Source: a virus. From it: DNA of 64,000 nt. Location of the stretch: positions 1-64,000 of the IMG/VR virus record IMGVR_UViG_3300040801_004532. The stretch is one strand, 5' to 3'. Positions 40,710 through 50,136 of this stretch are shown piece by piece; the first letter of the stretch is position 1; each line of letters starts with the position of its first letter. The notes under the pieces are model-generated. The model had not been told where the DNA came from. It did not search any database and was given only the letters and a program-made list of their open reading frames with translations. The position numbers and the translations under genes were made by a program.

Positions 40710-41093
40710 TTACCTCTTCTTTTTGATTTTTTGTTCCAATGTCGAATTAAACATTTCCATGATTTTCTTATCTACTTCCTCAGCAATCTTTTCTGACATA
40801 ATATCTATTATAGATTTTCCCTCTATATAAATATCACTAGCAGAGATAGTATTTGAAAATGCCATAGAATCATCCATAGAAAAAGAAACAAACCCCTCAT
40901 CTTTTTCTCCTGTGGCATTACTAATCCAATCAACCTTCCCTTTTCCTTGGCATTTTCTACAAAAAGGCGTGATGATATAATTAGAATTTTGATCTACATC
41001 TTTTTCTGTTCCTTTTCCGCCACAATGGTCACATATAAGTTCGCCTTCATTGATAACAACCTTTTGACCTTTTGCATTAACCAAATCTTCCAT
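40710..41093 (-). CDS. CxxCxGxG zinc-finger protein
   Basis: CDHCGGKG…CRKCQGKGKVDWI. Confidence 0.4.
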   Translation of the reverse strand: MEDLVNAKGQKVVINEGELICDHCGGKGTEKDVDQNSNYIITPFCRKCQGKGKVDWISNATGEKDEGFVSFSMDDSMAFSNTISASDIYIEGKSIIDIMSEKIAEEVDKKIMEMFNSTLEQKIKKKR

Positions 41094-41348
41094 TTATTCC
41101 GCCTTTTTTCCCACTGCTTTTTCAATCCAATCAATTTTTCCTGACCCAAGACAATGGTGACAGACCAACATAGTATTGTTTGGTACCTTTGGAAATTTTG
41201 ATGTTTTAATAAATTTTGCCCTCCTCACCAAACCACTACCACCACACGTTCTACAAAACTCCTGCCCTTCTTCAAGGGCAATGTAAGTTTTGTTATAAGC
41301 ATTATATCTTTTATTCATGGAAAGGCAATACCCTCGATTTATCATCAA
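41094..41348 (-). CDS. CxxCxGxG zinc-finger protein (paralogue)
   Basis: CRTCGGSG…CHHCLGSGKIDWIEKAVG. Confidence 0.4.
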   Translation of the reverse strand: MMINRGYCLSMNKRYNAYNKTYIALEEGQEFCRTCGGSGLVRRAKFIKTSKFPKVPNNTMLVCHHCLGSGKIDWIEKAVGKKAE

Positions 41349-42708
41349 GATCTACAAACTCATCTTTGGATAAATATTTCTTTACCAAATAATGACAATA
41401 ATCCTCATCTAAACTAGCTAAGACATTAAGGGATCTTGGGATACTATGAGCTTTAACTTTTTGTTTTCTTGTTAATTTTCCTTGGTTTAAAATCCTTGTA
41501 GCTTCTAAACATTCTCTATAAAATTCTTCTTCGTCACCAGATTCATAAATTGGATAAACACGTTCTGCAAATTCTCTCATACCTTGTTGAATATCTGTAT
41601 ATAAATCCAATGTATATAATATTGAATAGACCTTAACATCTTCCCAAAATGTATTTCTACTTGGATCATAAATCCCATCAACATTAATCTTTGAAAACCC
41701 CCACTTATCGGATAGACGATCAAAAATTCTTTGTGTCATATCATGAACAGATAGATCCTTTAAAAATCTCAGATCAAGTCTATCGCTTTTGATACTCATT
41801 TTTCTAATGTAGCCATATTCATCTGCAACATGCATAAACCTTGCGTGCATTACCTGCTTATAAATACCCGATGAATCATAAGTAATGTTCAAATCAATTC
41901 CATGTTTCTTTTTAATAACGACACTAAACAATTCATAAAACAATACATCCCTGAAATTTGCACCACCAAGAATATGAAAATTTAAATGTTTGAATCCATG
42001 TCTTATGGCTTCATTTACAAGCGGAACAATAGGAAGGATATAAATCACACATGGGATTGACATATCACTAGACATATTCGCAACAATTCCGCCTGTACCA
42101 TGATACTTAAAATGTCTGAACATATCATGGTCTCTTAGGAGCTTCGTATAAATTTCCCAAAGTTTGGGGGTACGAAAATGATGAACATATATAATCTTAT
42201 CACGAACATGATCAGGAAGAGATTTGGCTTTTTCATATGACTCAAGATTTAATTTATAAACATCATCAAAATTATGAAAAATCTTGCAACCAGGTCCCGG
42301 AGGAATATCAAGAATAAATGCTTTATCATAAACATCTGCATACTCAACAAGCCACTCATAATATAATTTATAAAGCAAATCAGATTCTGCTCTTGTTAAT
42401 CTTCCAATTGAAATCTGAAAGCCACCACTATCTGCAATCAAATTACAATTATCAAAGAGTCCCCACTCTCGACACTTCCTATATAAATCACCTTCTCGTT
42501 GTTTATATTTATCAAATTTTTTCTTTCCGCCAAAATCCTGACCAAATGAATGAAGAAACCCGGCAGTTGTTTTAGAAAGAAAGTTTGATATGTCTTCTCT
42601 CGTAAAATTATTGTTAAATCTCCCTCTTCGTCCTTCGATAAAATTTTCAAGAATAGTTGCAAGCGTCTCAAATCCTGCTAGAACATATCCACTTCTTTTA
42701 ACATCCAT
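41311..42708 (-). CDS. dpdA: tRNA-guanine-transglycosylase-family protein (DpdA-like DNA 7-deazaguanine transglycosylase)
   Basis: DSGGFQ motif (IADSGGFQISIG). HILGGANFRDV region like TGT LHLxGVG. Confidence 0.5.
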   Translation of the reverse strand: MDVKRSGYVLAGFETLATILENFIEGRRGRFNNNFTREDISNFLSKTTAGFLHSFGQDFGGKKKFDKYKQREGDLYRKCREWGLFDNCNLIADSGGFQISIGRLTRAESDLLYKLYYEWLVEYADVYDKAFILDIPPGPGCKIFHNFDDVYKLNLESYEKAKSLPDHVRDKIIYVHHFRTPKLWEIYTKLLRDHDMFRHFKYHGTGGIVANMSSDMSIPCVIYILPIVPLVNEAIRHGFKHLNFHILGGANFRDVLFYELFSVVIKKKHGIDLNITYDSSGIYKQVMHARFMHVADEYGYIRKMSIKSDRLDLRFLKDLSVHDMTQRIFDRLSDKWGFSKINVDGIYDPSRNTFWEDVKVYSILYTLDLYTDIQQGMREFAERVYPIYESGDEEEFYRECLEATRILNQGKLTRKQKVKAHSIPRSLNVLASLDEDYCHYLVKKYLSKDEFVDLDDKSRVLPFHE

Positions 42709-43140
42709 TCAAATACCCCCCACCCTCCCCAATTCTGTCATTCCCTTTGAGTATGGACTTGTGGCAGCACCACTAGTTCCCGAAATCCCAGCAAATCCAA
42801 TTGATCCAGATACTCCCGATGGTCCAACACATCCACTTGTTCCAGATGTACCCATATAACCAGAAGACCCATTATAATCTGGAGGTTCAACTCCAGTAGC
42901 TTGTTCAATCCAATCTAATTTTCTTTTTCCCCAACATTTAGGGCAAATTGAAATATTCCTACATATTGATCCATCCTTCCTCGCTAATTCAATTGCTCCA
43001 CGCCCACCACAAATGGGGCACACAATTTCTCCCAAATCTTCATCTAGTTCAATTTCGCTTATTCCAGCACCATTGAAAGGGGTGCGTTTAGAAATAACTT
43101 CACCATTTAGATATTTTTTAAAATTATCTAATATTCCCAT
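42709..43140 (-). CDS. Zinc-finger (CxxCxGxG) protein with a collagen-like C-terminus
   Basis: CPICGGRG…CPKCWGKRKLDWIEQATG followed by GSSGYMGTSGTSG…. Confidence 0.45.
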   Translation of the reverse strand: MGILDNFKKYLNGEVISKRTPFNGAGISEIELDEDLGEIVCPICGGRGAIELARKDGSICRNISICPKCWGKRKLDWIEQATGVEPPDYNGSSGYMGTSGTSGCVGPSGVSGSIGFAGISGTSGAATSPYSKGMTELGRVGGI

Positions 43141-43151
43141 TTATTCACCAC

Positions 43152-43676
43152 CTACAATTTTTCTATTACAATACTACCACCAGTGGACGAATCAAATTCC
43201 ATTGCACATTTTAACGCCAACTCAATTCGTTTTACTGGTTCCATATCATTGTTTAGTTCTTGTATTGCTTTCAAAGATCCCAAAGCATATGTACCGCCAG
43301 ATCCAATAGCAGTAAATTCATCCACGGTACTAATATGAAAATCAACCAAAATTTCATATAGCTGCTTTTTGTAACCAATAATAAGATTGGATACCCACGC
43401 TTCAGTTTGGTCGTCTGTAATAGCAAGACATCCCTTTTCTCGACAATGATTTCTCAGATAATCAGGGAAGTCAAGTATATCTTCTGGAGGGTCAAAAAAT
43501 TTAGAATGTAAAATTTGACACCCCCTTGCGCTGCCAACTGCACCCAGCAAATAATTTCCAACTCTAAATATTTTTTGGGCTTTAATGGGACGAATGTCAC
43601 CGCCTTCAGACGATCCTCTGGTATCTGCTCCTATATAAACATTTCCCTTATGTTTTATTCCTACAACACATGACAT
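43152..43676 (-). CDS. HslV-like Ntn-hydrolase peptidase (proteasome beta-like)
   Basis: MSCVVGIKHKGNVYIGADTRGS…AIGSGGTYALGSLKA aligns along E. coli HslV. Ser replaces the Thr1 nucleophile. Confidence 0.6.
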   Translation of the reverse strand: MSCVVGIKHKGNVYIGADTRGSSEGGDIRPIKAQKIFRVGNYLLGAVGSARGCQILHSKFFDPPEDILDFPDYLRNHCREKGCLAITDDQTEAWVSNLIIGYKKQLYEILVDFHISTVDEFTAIGSGGTYALGSLKAIQELNNDMEPVKRIELALKCAMEFDSSTGGSIVIEKL

Positions 43677-43677
43677 T

Positions 43678-44478
43678 TTATTCCCCCTTTAATTTCATAT
43701 CATCTCTCATCCTAAGACATTTTGCTAGATCAAATGAGTAGTCGTATATATGTAACCCTTTACTTGAAGCAAATATTTCTCCATCTTCAATCCCAATCTC
43801 TTCTGTAATATATTCCTTTAATAATTGAATACCAGCAAGATTTGCAGGGAATCCTCCCCATAGGTCCCACGATCTGAAATATGGATAAAAGTGAAGTTTT
43901 CCATCTTGAATCCTTGTATCAATGTGTCTTAAACATGGAGGATCTTGTAAAAGCATATCAGTTGGATGTGCAACTTGTAAAACCATTTGATTATTTCTGT
44001 AACCTTTATTTTTATATGTCCAAATTAACAGTTCAATTTGATTTAAATGCCAATGACCGGTAGAATAAATAATGCCAAGATCAATTAATTCCTCAATTTC
44101 CTCTATGAGAATATTTGGCCAATGACCCTCCTTATATAAATGTAAGGGATAATTTATTGGATACGCAGTTAACCTTTGACCATATGTATATGATTCCCCA
44201 TCTTTTAATGCTCCAGTCATCAAATACGGAAGGTATTCATCTAGATAATCATCAGCTACAGGGTTTGGAATATTATGGTGTGCTTCTATCTGAGGTAAAA
44301 GAGGTTTTGACCAGGGATGTTTAATATGAACATTTACCCAATCAAATTCTAATCTTTTTTGCCCAGCATATGATCCCCGGTCAATTTTAAATACTGAACC
44401 TTCTTCAAGGATTCTAAAAAGAGTTTGAAACCAAGCATCTCCTAAATCTCTGGCTTCAATCGTTTGAACATTAAGCAT
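43678..44478 (-). CDS. Thymidylate-synthase-family enzyme (ThyA or dNMP hydroxymethylase)
   Basis: PC…DGKL…RSWDLWGGFPANLAGIQLL…G…HIY aligns with the ThyA catalytic region. Asn is present at the N177-equivalent position. Confidence 0.55.
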   Translation of the reverse strand: MLNVQTIEARDLGDAWFQTLFRILEEGSVFKIDRGSYAGQKRLEFDWVNVHIKHPWSKPLLPQIEAHHNIPNPVADDYLDEYLPYLMTGALKDGESYTYGQRLTAYPINYPLHLYKEGHWPNILIEEIEELIDLGIIYSTGHWHLNQIELLIWTYKNKGYRNNQMVLQVAHPTDMLLQDPPCLRHIDTRIQDGKLHFYPYFRSWDLWGGFPANLAGIQLLKEYITEEIGIEDGEIFASSKGLHIYDYSFDLAKCLRMRDDMKLKGE

Positions 44479-44490
44479 TATCTATTCCTT

Positions 44491-44817
44491 TCATGATATA
44501 ATTTTAGAATCTTCTTTTGGGGCTTCAAGGGTAAATTCATCAAGTGATTCTCGAGTTTTCTCATCTATAAGAAAACCATAAATTTCGTCAACCTTTAAAA
44601 CCTTCAAGAGGGATTTCCCAATTACCACATCCATTCCACCACGAGGATGCATAACAAGAATATCTCCTTTATTTATACCTTCAACTTTTAATCCAACAGA
44701 TAGAACCTTGCCATATGCTTGTGGATCCTGAACAGTTTCCGGAAGGATTATTCCTCCTGACGATTTACTTCTCTTCAGAACTTGTACTATAACTTTGTCT
44801 TCGATTGCTTCGATCAT
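44491..44817 (-). CDS. groES: Co-chaperonin GroES (Cpn10) homologue
   Basis: IEAIEDKVIVQ…KSSGGIILPE…GKVLSVG pattern. Confidence 0.55.
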   Translation of the reverse strand: MIEAIEDKVIVQVLKRSKSSGGIILPETVQDPQAYGKVLSVGLKVEGINKGDILVMHPRGGMDVVIGKSLLKVLKVDEIYGFLIDEKTRESLDEFTLEAPKEDSKIIS

Positions 44818-45124
44818 TTTGTTTAGCTCCCTTCTTTTGCTTCTTTTTTTTACGAATGATTTTTTCTTTCAACTTCTCCAACTTTTCTTCTTCTTTTTGT
44901 ATTGCTCTTATAGATTGGACTTTTTTTCTTCTTTTCCTATCGCTAGGTTTCTCATAATACATCTTTTCTCTAAACTCTTTGGCAATACCACTCTTTGAAA
45001 ATTTCTTACGAAAGCGTTTTAAAAGTTCTTCATCACTCTCGTCTTTTCTACGAACTACACATATTCCTGTGTGTTCATCAGGATAATAATGTTTATGATA
45101 AGTCATAGCTTGAATATTTGCCAC
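44765..45124 (-). CDS. rpsU: Ribosomal protein bS21 homologue (phage-encoded)
   Basis: VVRR…ELLKRFRKKFSKSGIAKEFREKMYYEKPSDRKRRKK aligns with bacterial S21. Confidence 0.55.
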   Translation of the reverse strand: MANIQAMTYHKHYYPDEHTGICVVRRKDESDEELLKRFRKKFSKSGIAKEFREKMYYEKPSDRKRRKKVQSIRAIQKEEEKLEKLKEKIIRKKKKQKKGAKQNDRSNRRQSYSTSSEEK

Positions 45125-45133
45125 CTCCCTTCA

Positions 45134-45805
45134 TTATACAAATCCATAAATTATATGGTCTCTCGATGAAAAGCTGAAACCATATTTCTCGCAAATATCA
45201 AAAACAGCTGCAGAATTTTTAATGAGATCTACCCTGGTTGTTCCCTCAGGCATAACCCAAACTCTATGGTTCCAACTAAGGTTTTTATAATTAGCGGAAA
45301 TATTGGCCAAAAACTTTTCAATCAACGGACTATCATCATATACAACTTTTATATAAACTTCTGGAAAACTTTCTAGAAGTTTAACATTTTGTAGTGCTGA
45401 TGATAGATCACTATCATTAAAGATTTTTGGCGAATAAACATATCTAACATGTTTATCAGGAGAAACCTCTTGAATTAACTGGAACAATTTATACCCATTT
45501 GATTCAACATTTGCAATTGGATAGTCCAGCTCATTAAGTAATAAAGCGGCTTCATCAAAATGTTTTGGAACCGTTGGTTCTCCACCTGTAATCAAAAGTC
45601 CTGCATTTGTTCTATAAATTGTATCTTGAATATCTGAAAGAAGATGCGGAGCCTCTGCTGAGATTCTCATTTTTACAGAGGTATCACACCAAGGACATTT
45701 CAGATTACAAGTCTTAAATCTGAGAATGATCATTGGTCGCCCGCTATCAATTCCTTCGCCTTGCCATGAAATAAAATTTTCGATTAATTTAACACTTTTA
45801 CTCAT
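45134..45805 (-). CDS. queE: 7-carboxy-7-deazaguanine synthase QueE (radical SAM)
   Basis: WQGEG…CNLKCPWCDT…ITGGEP… Aligns with E. coli QueE and has the same length (223 aa). Confidence 0.65.
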   Translation of the reverse strand: MSKSVKLIENFISWQGEGIDSGRPMIILRFKTCNLKCPWCDTSVKMRISAEAPHLLSDIQDTIYRTNAGLLITGGEPTVPKHFDEAALLLNELDYPIANVESNGYKLFQLIQEVSPDKHVRYVYSPKIFNDSDLSSALQNVKLLESFPEVYIKVVYDDSPLIEKFLANISANYKNLSWNHRVWVMPEGTTRVDLIKNSAAVFDICEKYGFSFSSRDHIIYGFV

Positions 45806-45840
45806 TTATAATTTCCCCTTTCGTTTATTGTTTGTTCTGA

Positions 45841-48800
45841 TTATATAGTTAATAGTTCCGACTTTTCTCTTATATCAGTCAGCGGCTTAAGCATTAGCTC
45901 ATGCCTATCCATAAATGAAAATCTCAATGCTGCGTTTAAATCAGGGACAAAAAATGCTGGTAGCCTCCTTTCTTCATCGGGAATAGCAATTACCTCAAGT
46001 TTATTACCACGCCCAATAAATTTATCATATTTAGCTCTTATTTTTTCTCTTTCTTTATCATCTTGTATTTTATCAAAATCAATTCCTCTAACCCAGAACA
46101 TGTATGCCTTATTTCCAGGTCTATGAATATCATACATTATATTATTCCAGGCTTCCATAGCTCTAACGCCTTGTGGAATTGTTTTATAATCGCTTAGTTC
46201 TTTTCCCCAAGTTACAGGTCGAGCAATAGTTTTATCGCCTTGAATAATAAGATCTTTAAATTCCTTTTCTTTTCTTGACACATATTTTATAACTTTTGAT
46301 AATTTAAATTTTTCATCTTTCAGGATCAGCTCTGAAAGCTCTGATAAAAATTCTTTTGATTTACTTGGATAATCTGATCTTTTAATTTCAACACCCATAT
46401 AATTAATCTTATCAACTTCTTTTCCTTCGTTATTTATAACACGAATTGCATATCTCTTTTTAGCCAAAAACAATCCTCGTGAAATAACAAGCTCATTTTT
46501 TAATTCAAGGCGATTAAATTCTAAATTAACATTGTGTCGTTTAACCATTTCAACAATTCGATGTTTATTTAAAAATTCTTCAACCTCTTTACACCATCCT
46601 TGAATTTTCTCGACTGATAGATCTTTATTTTTAAACCCTCCAAAATAACAGAAAATTGAATCTGTATCGCCTGTTATTATATATTCGTTATTTCTTTCGG
46701 GCATTTCATCTGAGTACATTTCTTTTTTGGTTAAGGGATTGGGGTGCTCGTATTTTTCATTCTTGTCTATGTGCCTCATAAAAGCATCACCTTCAATAAT
46801 TGATGTTTTTAATGCCTCTTGTCCGGATAATGTTACGGCCCCTGCTACATCAATATCAAAAAATCTAAATGCCTTATTAGCTACAACTCCATATAATGTA
46901 TTTGCAAGGACCTTATAAACTAACTGTCTTGTATAAAAGAAATTTTCGGAATCTTTATCTTTTTCTTCAATCGCTTGAAACATCTCTTTTTTATATCTTT
47001 TTCTTGTTTTCATTAACATATCAACGACCTCACCAAAAACAGAAAACTCTTTTTCGTGTGGTAAAAAGAAACATCCGTTGATTGTATAAACTAAATTATT
47101 TTCTTTAACTTTTTTCATTAACTGGTCAGGAGTAATAACCATCTCTTTCTTTTCAAACAATGGATCATATACAACCTCAATTTTCTCCGGAAGATTTTCT
47201 GGATGATATGCTAATTCATAACCAAGATGTGAGTCTTTAGTTTTCATTACATAACTATTCACGCCAATGTTATATGTAATCATAATACTTGGGTATAGAG
47301 ATGCAAAGTCAAAGTCTGTAATCCAATCATATGCGCCTGGAATTGGACTAAAAACAAATGCCCCCGGATATTTTCCTTTTTCAGTATGAGGGTCAGAATT
47401 TTTTGAACCGAAACCTTTATTTCTAAGATATGATACCATCAACGAATCAATTTGACCAAATGATGATACAGAATCAAATGAAGTATTACAAATTATTCTT
47501 AACTCATTAAGCAGGTTAATATGAGCTAATTTATCATCAAGTTGCTCAAGGAGATCTGTATCCCGAATGTTATATTCAATTGTCTTATTAAACATTTTCC
47601 AATACATTTCATTGAAAGGTAAGGGCAGATCTATTTTTGTAATCCCCAACTCATGTTGTGCAATAAAACCAAGTTTATAATTTTCCATTTTTGTAAATGT
47701 AAATGTCCTATATAAAAAGTCCTGATCAATTGCTACACAACCAGGAATATGGCAAACATATTTTGAACCGTCAACATAAAACTCGCCAAATCTATTGAAC
47801 ATTGATTGCTTTAATCCAATCTTTGGCATTCTGTTATATATATATTCAAGGTCGAATGAAATACAGTTCCATCCTGCAATAAAATCAGGATCTTCACTTT
47901 TAAAATCTTTGGAAAATTCCCTCAACAGTTCCTTTTCTGTATTAAAAATTTTAAAATCAACCCCATCAATTTTTTCAATCGGTTCTGTTTTATTGTCAAC
48001 TACATAATGTGTTTTGGTTTTATTGAATATTGTTGTAAGCATATTAATTGGAAATTTGGCCTCTAGAGGACGGGGGAAAACTCGCTCATCCCCTGTATCT
48101 ACCTCAATATCGAAAAACATAATATTTGATTTAACTTTTTTAGCTTCGCCTTTACTGTAATGATAATAATCCATTGCATGTTTCGCTGTTATTCTGACAT
48201 CACCTTCGTATGTTATATCAGGATCTAAATTATATCTATCTCGGTATTTCACCTTAATTTGATTTAAATGATCATAAGGAACAATCTTCTTTCCTTGATG
48301 TCCCTTTTTTATTTGATAACAAACATAATCGTCATTCTCCGTATGATATATTTTTCTATTGTCCTTATCACGAAATATATAAAGGATTTGACTTGTTTTG
48401 TTAAGAAACTGAACATCAATCAATCTATAATCATCTGAATAAAATTGCTTTGGAATCTTATATCTAAATATTCCAGCCCCCATAGATTCAATATCATGAT
48501 GCGAAACCTCTATGTCTTTTCCACTCAACATTGTAGAAATTTGCCCCATCGCTTCTTCAAATTTTGGTTCCCAAACTCCCAAATTTCTATTGACAAACGA
48601 AGGATGAACTATTATGACAGTTTTAAACCCATTCCATTCTGTAACCTTGCCATGAATTTTTGTTATGCCTGATTTTCCCATTCCAAATGCAGACATAGGA
48701 CTTCCGCCCATAATAACAACAAGTTTTGGATTACAAATCTTTGTTATATTTATACAATTGATTTTGCAGTTTTTAATAACATCATCATCTGGGTTGCCGG

Positions 48801-49080
48801 TTGTTCCATCATCATTTAAGGTTTGACAAAGGACAACATTTGTAAGAAGGTAATTGCATTTATTTAAACCAAATTTATTAAAGTATTTTCTAAATAATTT
48901 CCCAGCCTTCCCGACTAATGGATTACCTTTTTTAACTTCTTCTTTACCAGGATTTTCTGCGATAAAAACTACATCTACTTTTGATAAATCATCTTCACAA
49001 TTTGTTTCAAGAATACACGAAGGGAATTCTAAAAGTTTACACTCGGCACAATTTGCAAAAGACTTTTTTATTGAAAACAA
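45841..49080 (-). CDS. Family B DNA polymerase with an N-terminal UDG-like (family 4) domain
   Basis: N-terminus VVFIAENPG…GNPLVGKAGKLF (UDG motif). FFDIEV (Exo I), DFASLYPSIM (motif A), K..ANTLYG (B), GDTDS (C). Confidence 0.85.
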   Translation of the reverse strand: MFSIKKSFANCAECKLLEFPSCILETNCEDDLSKVDVVFIAENPGKEEVKKGNPLVGKAGKLFRKYFNKFGLNKCNYLLTNVVLCQTLNDDGTTGNPDDDVIKNCKINCINITKICNPKLVVIMGGSPMSAFGMGKSGITKIHGKVTEWNGFKTVIIVHPSFVNRNLGVWEPKFEEAMGQISTMLSGKDIEVSHHDIESMGAGIFRYKIPKQFYSDDYRLIDVQFLNKTSQILYIFRDKDNRKIYHTENDDYVCYQIKKGHQGKKIVPYDHLNQIKVKYRDRYNLDPDITYEGDVRITAKHAMDYYHYSKGEAKKVKSNIMFFDIEVDTGDERVFPRPLEAKFPINMLTTIFNKTKTHYVVDNKTEPIEKIDGVDFKIFNTEKELLREFSKDFKSEDPDFIAGWNCISFDLEYIYNRMPKIGLKQSMFNRFGEFYVDGSKYVCHIPGCVAIDQDFLYRTFTFTKMENYKLGFIAQHELGITKIDLPLPFNEMYWKMFNKTIEYNIRDTDLLEQLDDKLAHINLLNELRIICNTSFDSVSSFGQIDSLMVSYLRNKGFGSKNSDPHTEKGKYPGAFVFSPIPGAYDWITDFDFASLYPSIMITYNIGVNSYVMKTKDSHLGYELAYHPENLPEKIEVVYDPLFEKKEMVITPDQLMKKVKENNLVYTINGCFFLPHEKEFSVFGEVVDMLMKTRKRYKKEMFQAIEEKDKDSENFFYTRQLVYKVLANTLYGVVANKAFRFFDIDVAGAVTLSGQEALKTSIIEGDAFMRHIDKNEKYEHPNPLTKKEMYSDEMPERNNEYIITGDTDSIFCYFGGFKNKDLSVEKIQGWCKEVEEFLNKHRIVEMVKRHNVNLEFNRLELKNELVISRGLFLAKKRYAIRVINNEGKEVDKINYMGVEIKRSDYPSKSKEFLSELSELILKDEKFKLSKVIKYVSRKEKEFKDLIIQGDKTIARPVTWGKELSDYKTIPQGVRAMEAWNNIMYDIHRPGNKAYMFWVRGIDFDKIQDDKEREKIRAKYDKFIGRGNKLEVIAIPDEERRLPAFFVPDLNAALRFSFMDRHELMLKPLTDIREKSELLTI

Positions 49081-49221
49081 ATAAATGCCTCCTCAGTTTA
49101 GTTTTGATTTTGTTCCGATTAAAAAAATAATTAACCATTTAAAAAAACATTCATCTATATATATTAATAAGTGAAAGTAGGTTGGGCGCCTAATATTTAT
49201 TACCGAAGAAAGGAGAACAGC

Positions 49222-50043
49222 ATGACCGAACATGAAACGACAGCAATTACCAAGCAAGACGTGGAAAAGGTTGTGTCAGTGATTTCGATCAATGACGCAG
49301 AAAAAATCCTCGGAATCAAAAACGAGCCTCCGTACGACATCAAAAAGCTCCTCCATGAGTATCACATCGGTTTTGAAGTTCTCATGGAAAACCGCGAGTT
49401 CAAAAAGCTTCGCCCTTTGACGGATGCCAAGAATATCATTCTTCGGCACCTCATCGAGAACCAAGTCGAAGAGAACGGCCGGTTCGACATGGAAGGGGTT
49501 ATTCCGTTTGAAGATGCTTGCACGTCTTGCCACGGCACCGGGGAATTATATAAATTCTTCCGGCGAGTCGTCACCCTCGATTGCAAATTCTGCGAGGGCG
49601 AGGGTGAAGTTACTTTAGAGTGCCGGGCCTGCGGCGGATCCGGTCGCTATATACGAGAGTACGGCGACCTGAAGATCGATGTGGCTTGCAAAAAATGCGA
49701 CAAAGATCCCGAAACCGGCGACCCCCTTGGGGTTGTGACTTACAAATGCCGGCGGTGTCGGGGAAAAGGAACATTCCGGAAAACCGTGATTGACAGCAAG
49801 ATCAAATCCACGACCCATTGTAAGGTTTGCAAGGGCCGGGGGTTCATCGTTCCGGATGATCGGTTCCCTCCCCGAAGGGGTCAAACGATTCAAATTGCCA
49901 ACCCGGTCATCAAGGAAAGCGACCTTGAATCAATCGGAAGCGTCATCAAGGAAAGCAAGCCGGAAGCGGCCGAAATCTCCATCGAGGAAGACAACCTGGA
50001 ATCACTCGAAAGCGCCATCAAGGATTCCCCCGCAAGCGAATAA
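49222..50043 (+). CDS. DnaJ-type CxxCxGxG zinc-finger repeat protein
   Basis: Six CxxC.G.G repeats. aaggag RBS. GC-richer than its neighbours. Confidence 0.5.
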   Translation: MTEHETTAITKQDVEKVVSVISINDAEKILGIKNEPPYDIKKLLHEYHIGFEVLMENREFKKLRPLTDAKNIILRHLIENQVEENGRFDMEGVIPFEDACTSCHGTGELYKFFRRVVTLDCKFCEGEGEVTLECRACGGSGRYIREYGDLKIDVACKKCDKDPETGDPLGVVTYKCRRCRGKGTFRKTVIDSKIKSTTHCKVCKGRGFIVPDDRFPPRRGQTIQIANPVIKESDLESIGSVIKESKPEAAEISIEEDNLESLESAIKDSPASE

Positions 50044-50071
50044 TTAATCTCTGGTGCCCAACCAGGCAATG

Positions 50072-50136
50072 AATGGAGGAGCATTTCAAAGCTATTGTAA
50101 CTCAATAGTCGAGAAATGCTCCTCCATTAGTTTTTT
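50072..50136 (+). terminator. Long inverted repeat plus T-run (terminator for 49222..50043)
   Basis: 16-bp stem aatggaggagcatttc / gaaatgctcctccatt followed by agtttttt. Overlaps the 3' end of the minus ORF 50092..50634. Confidence 0.4.
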
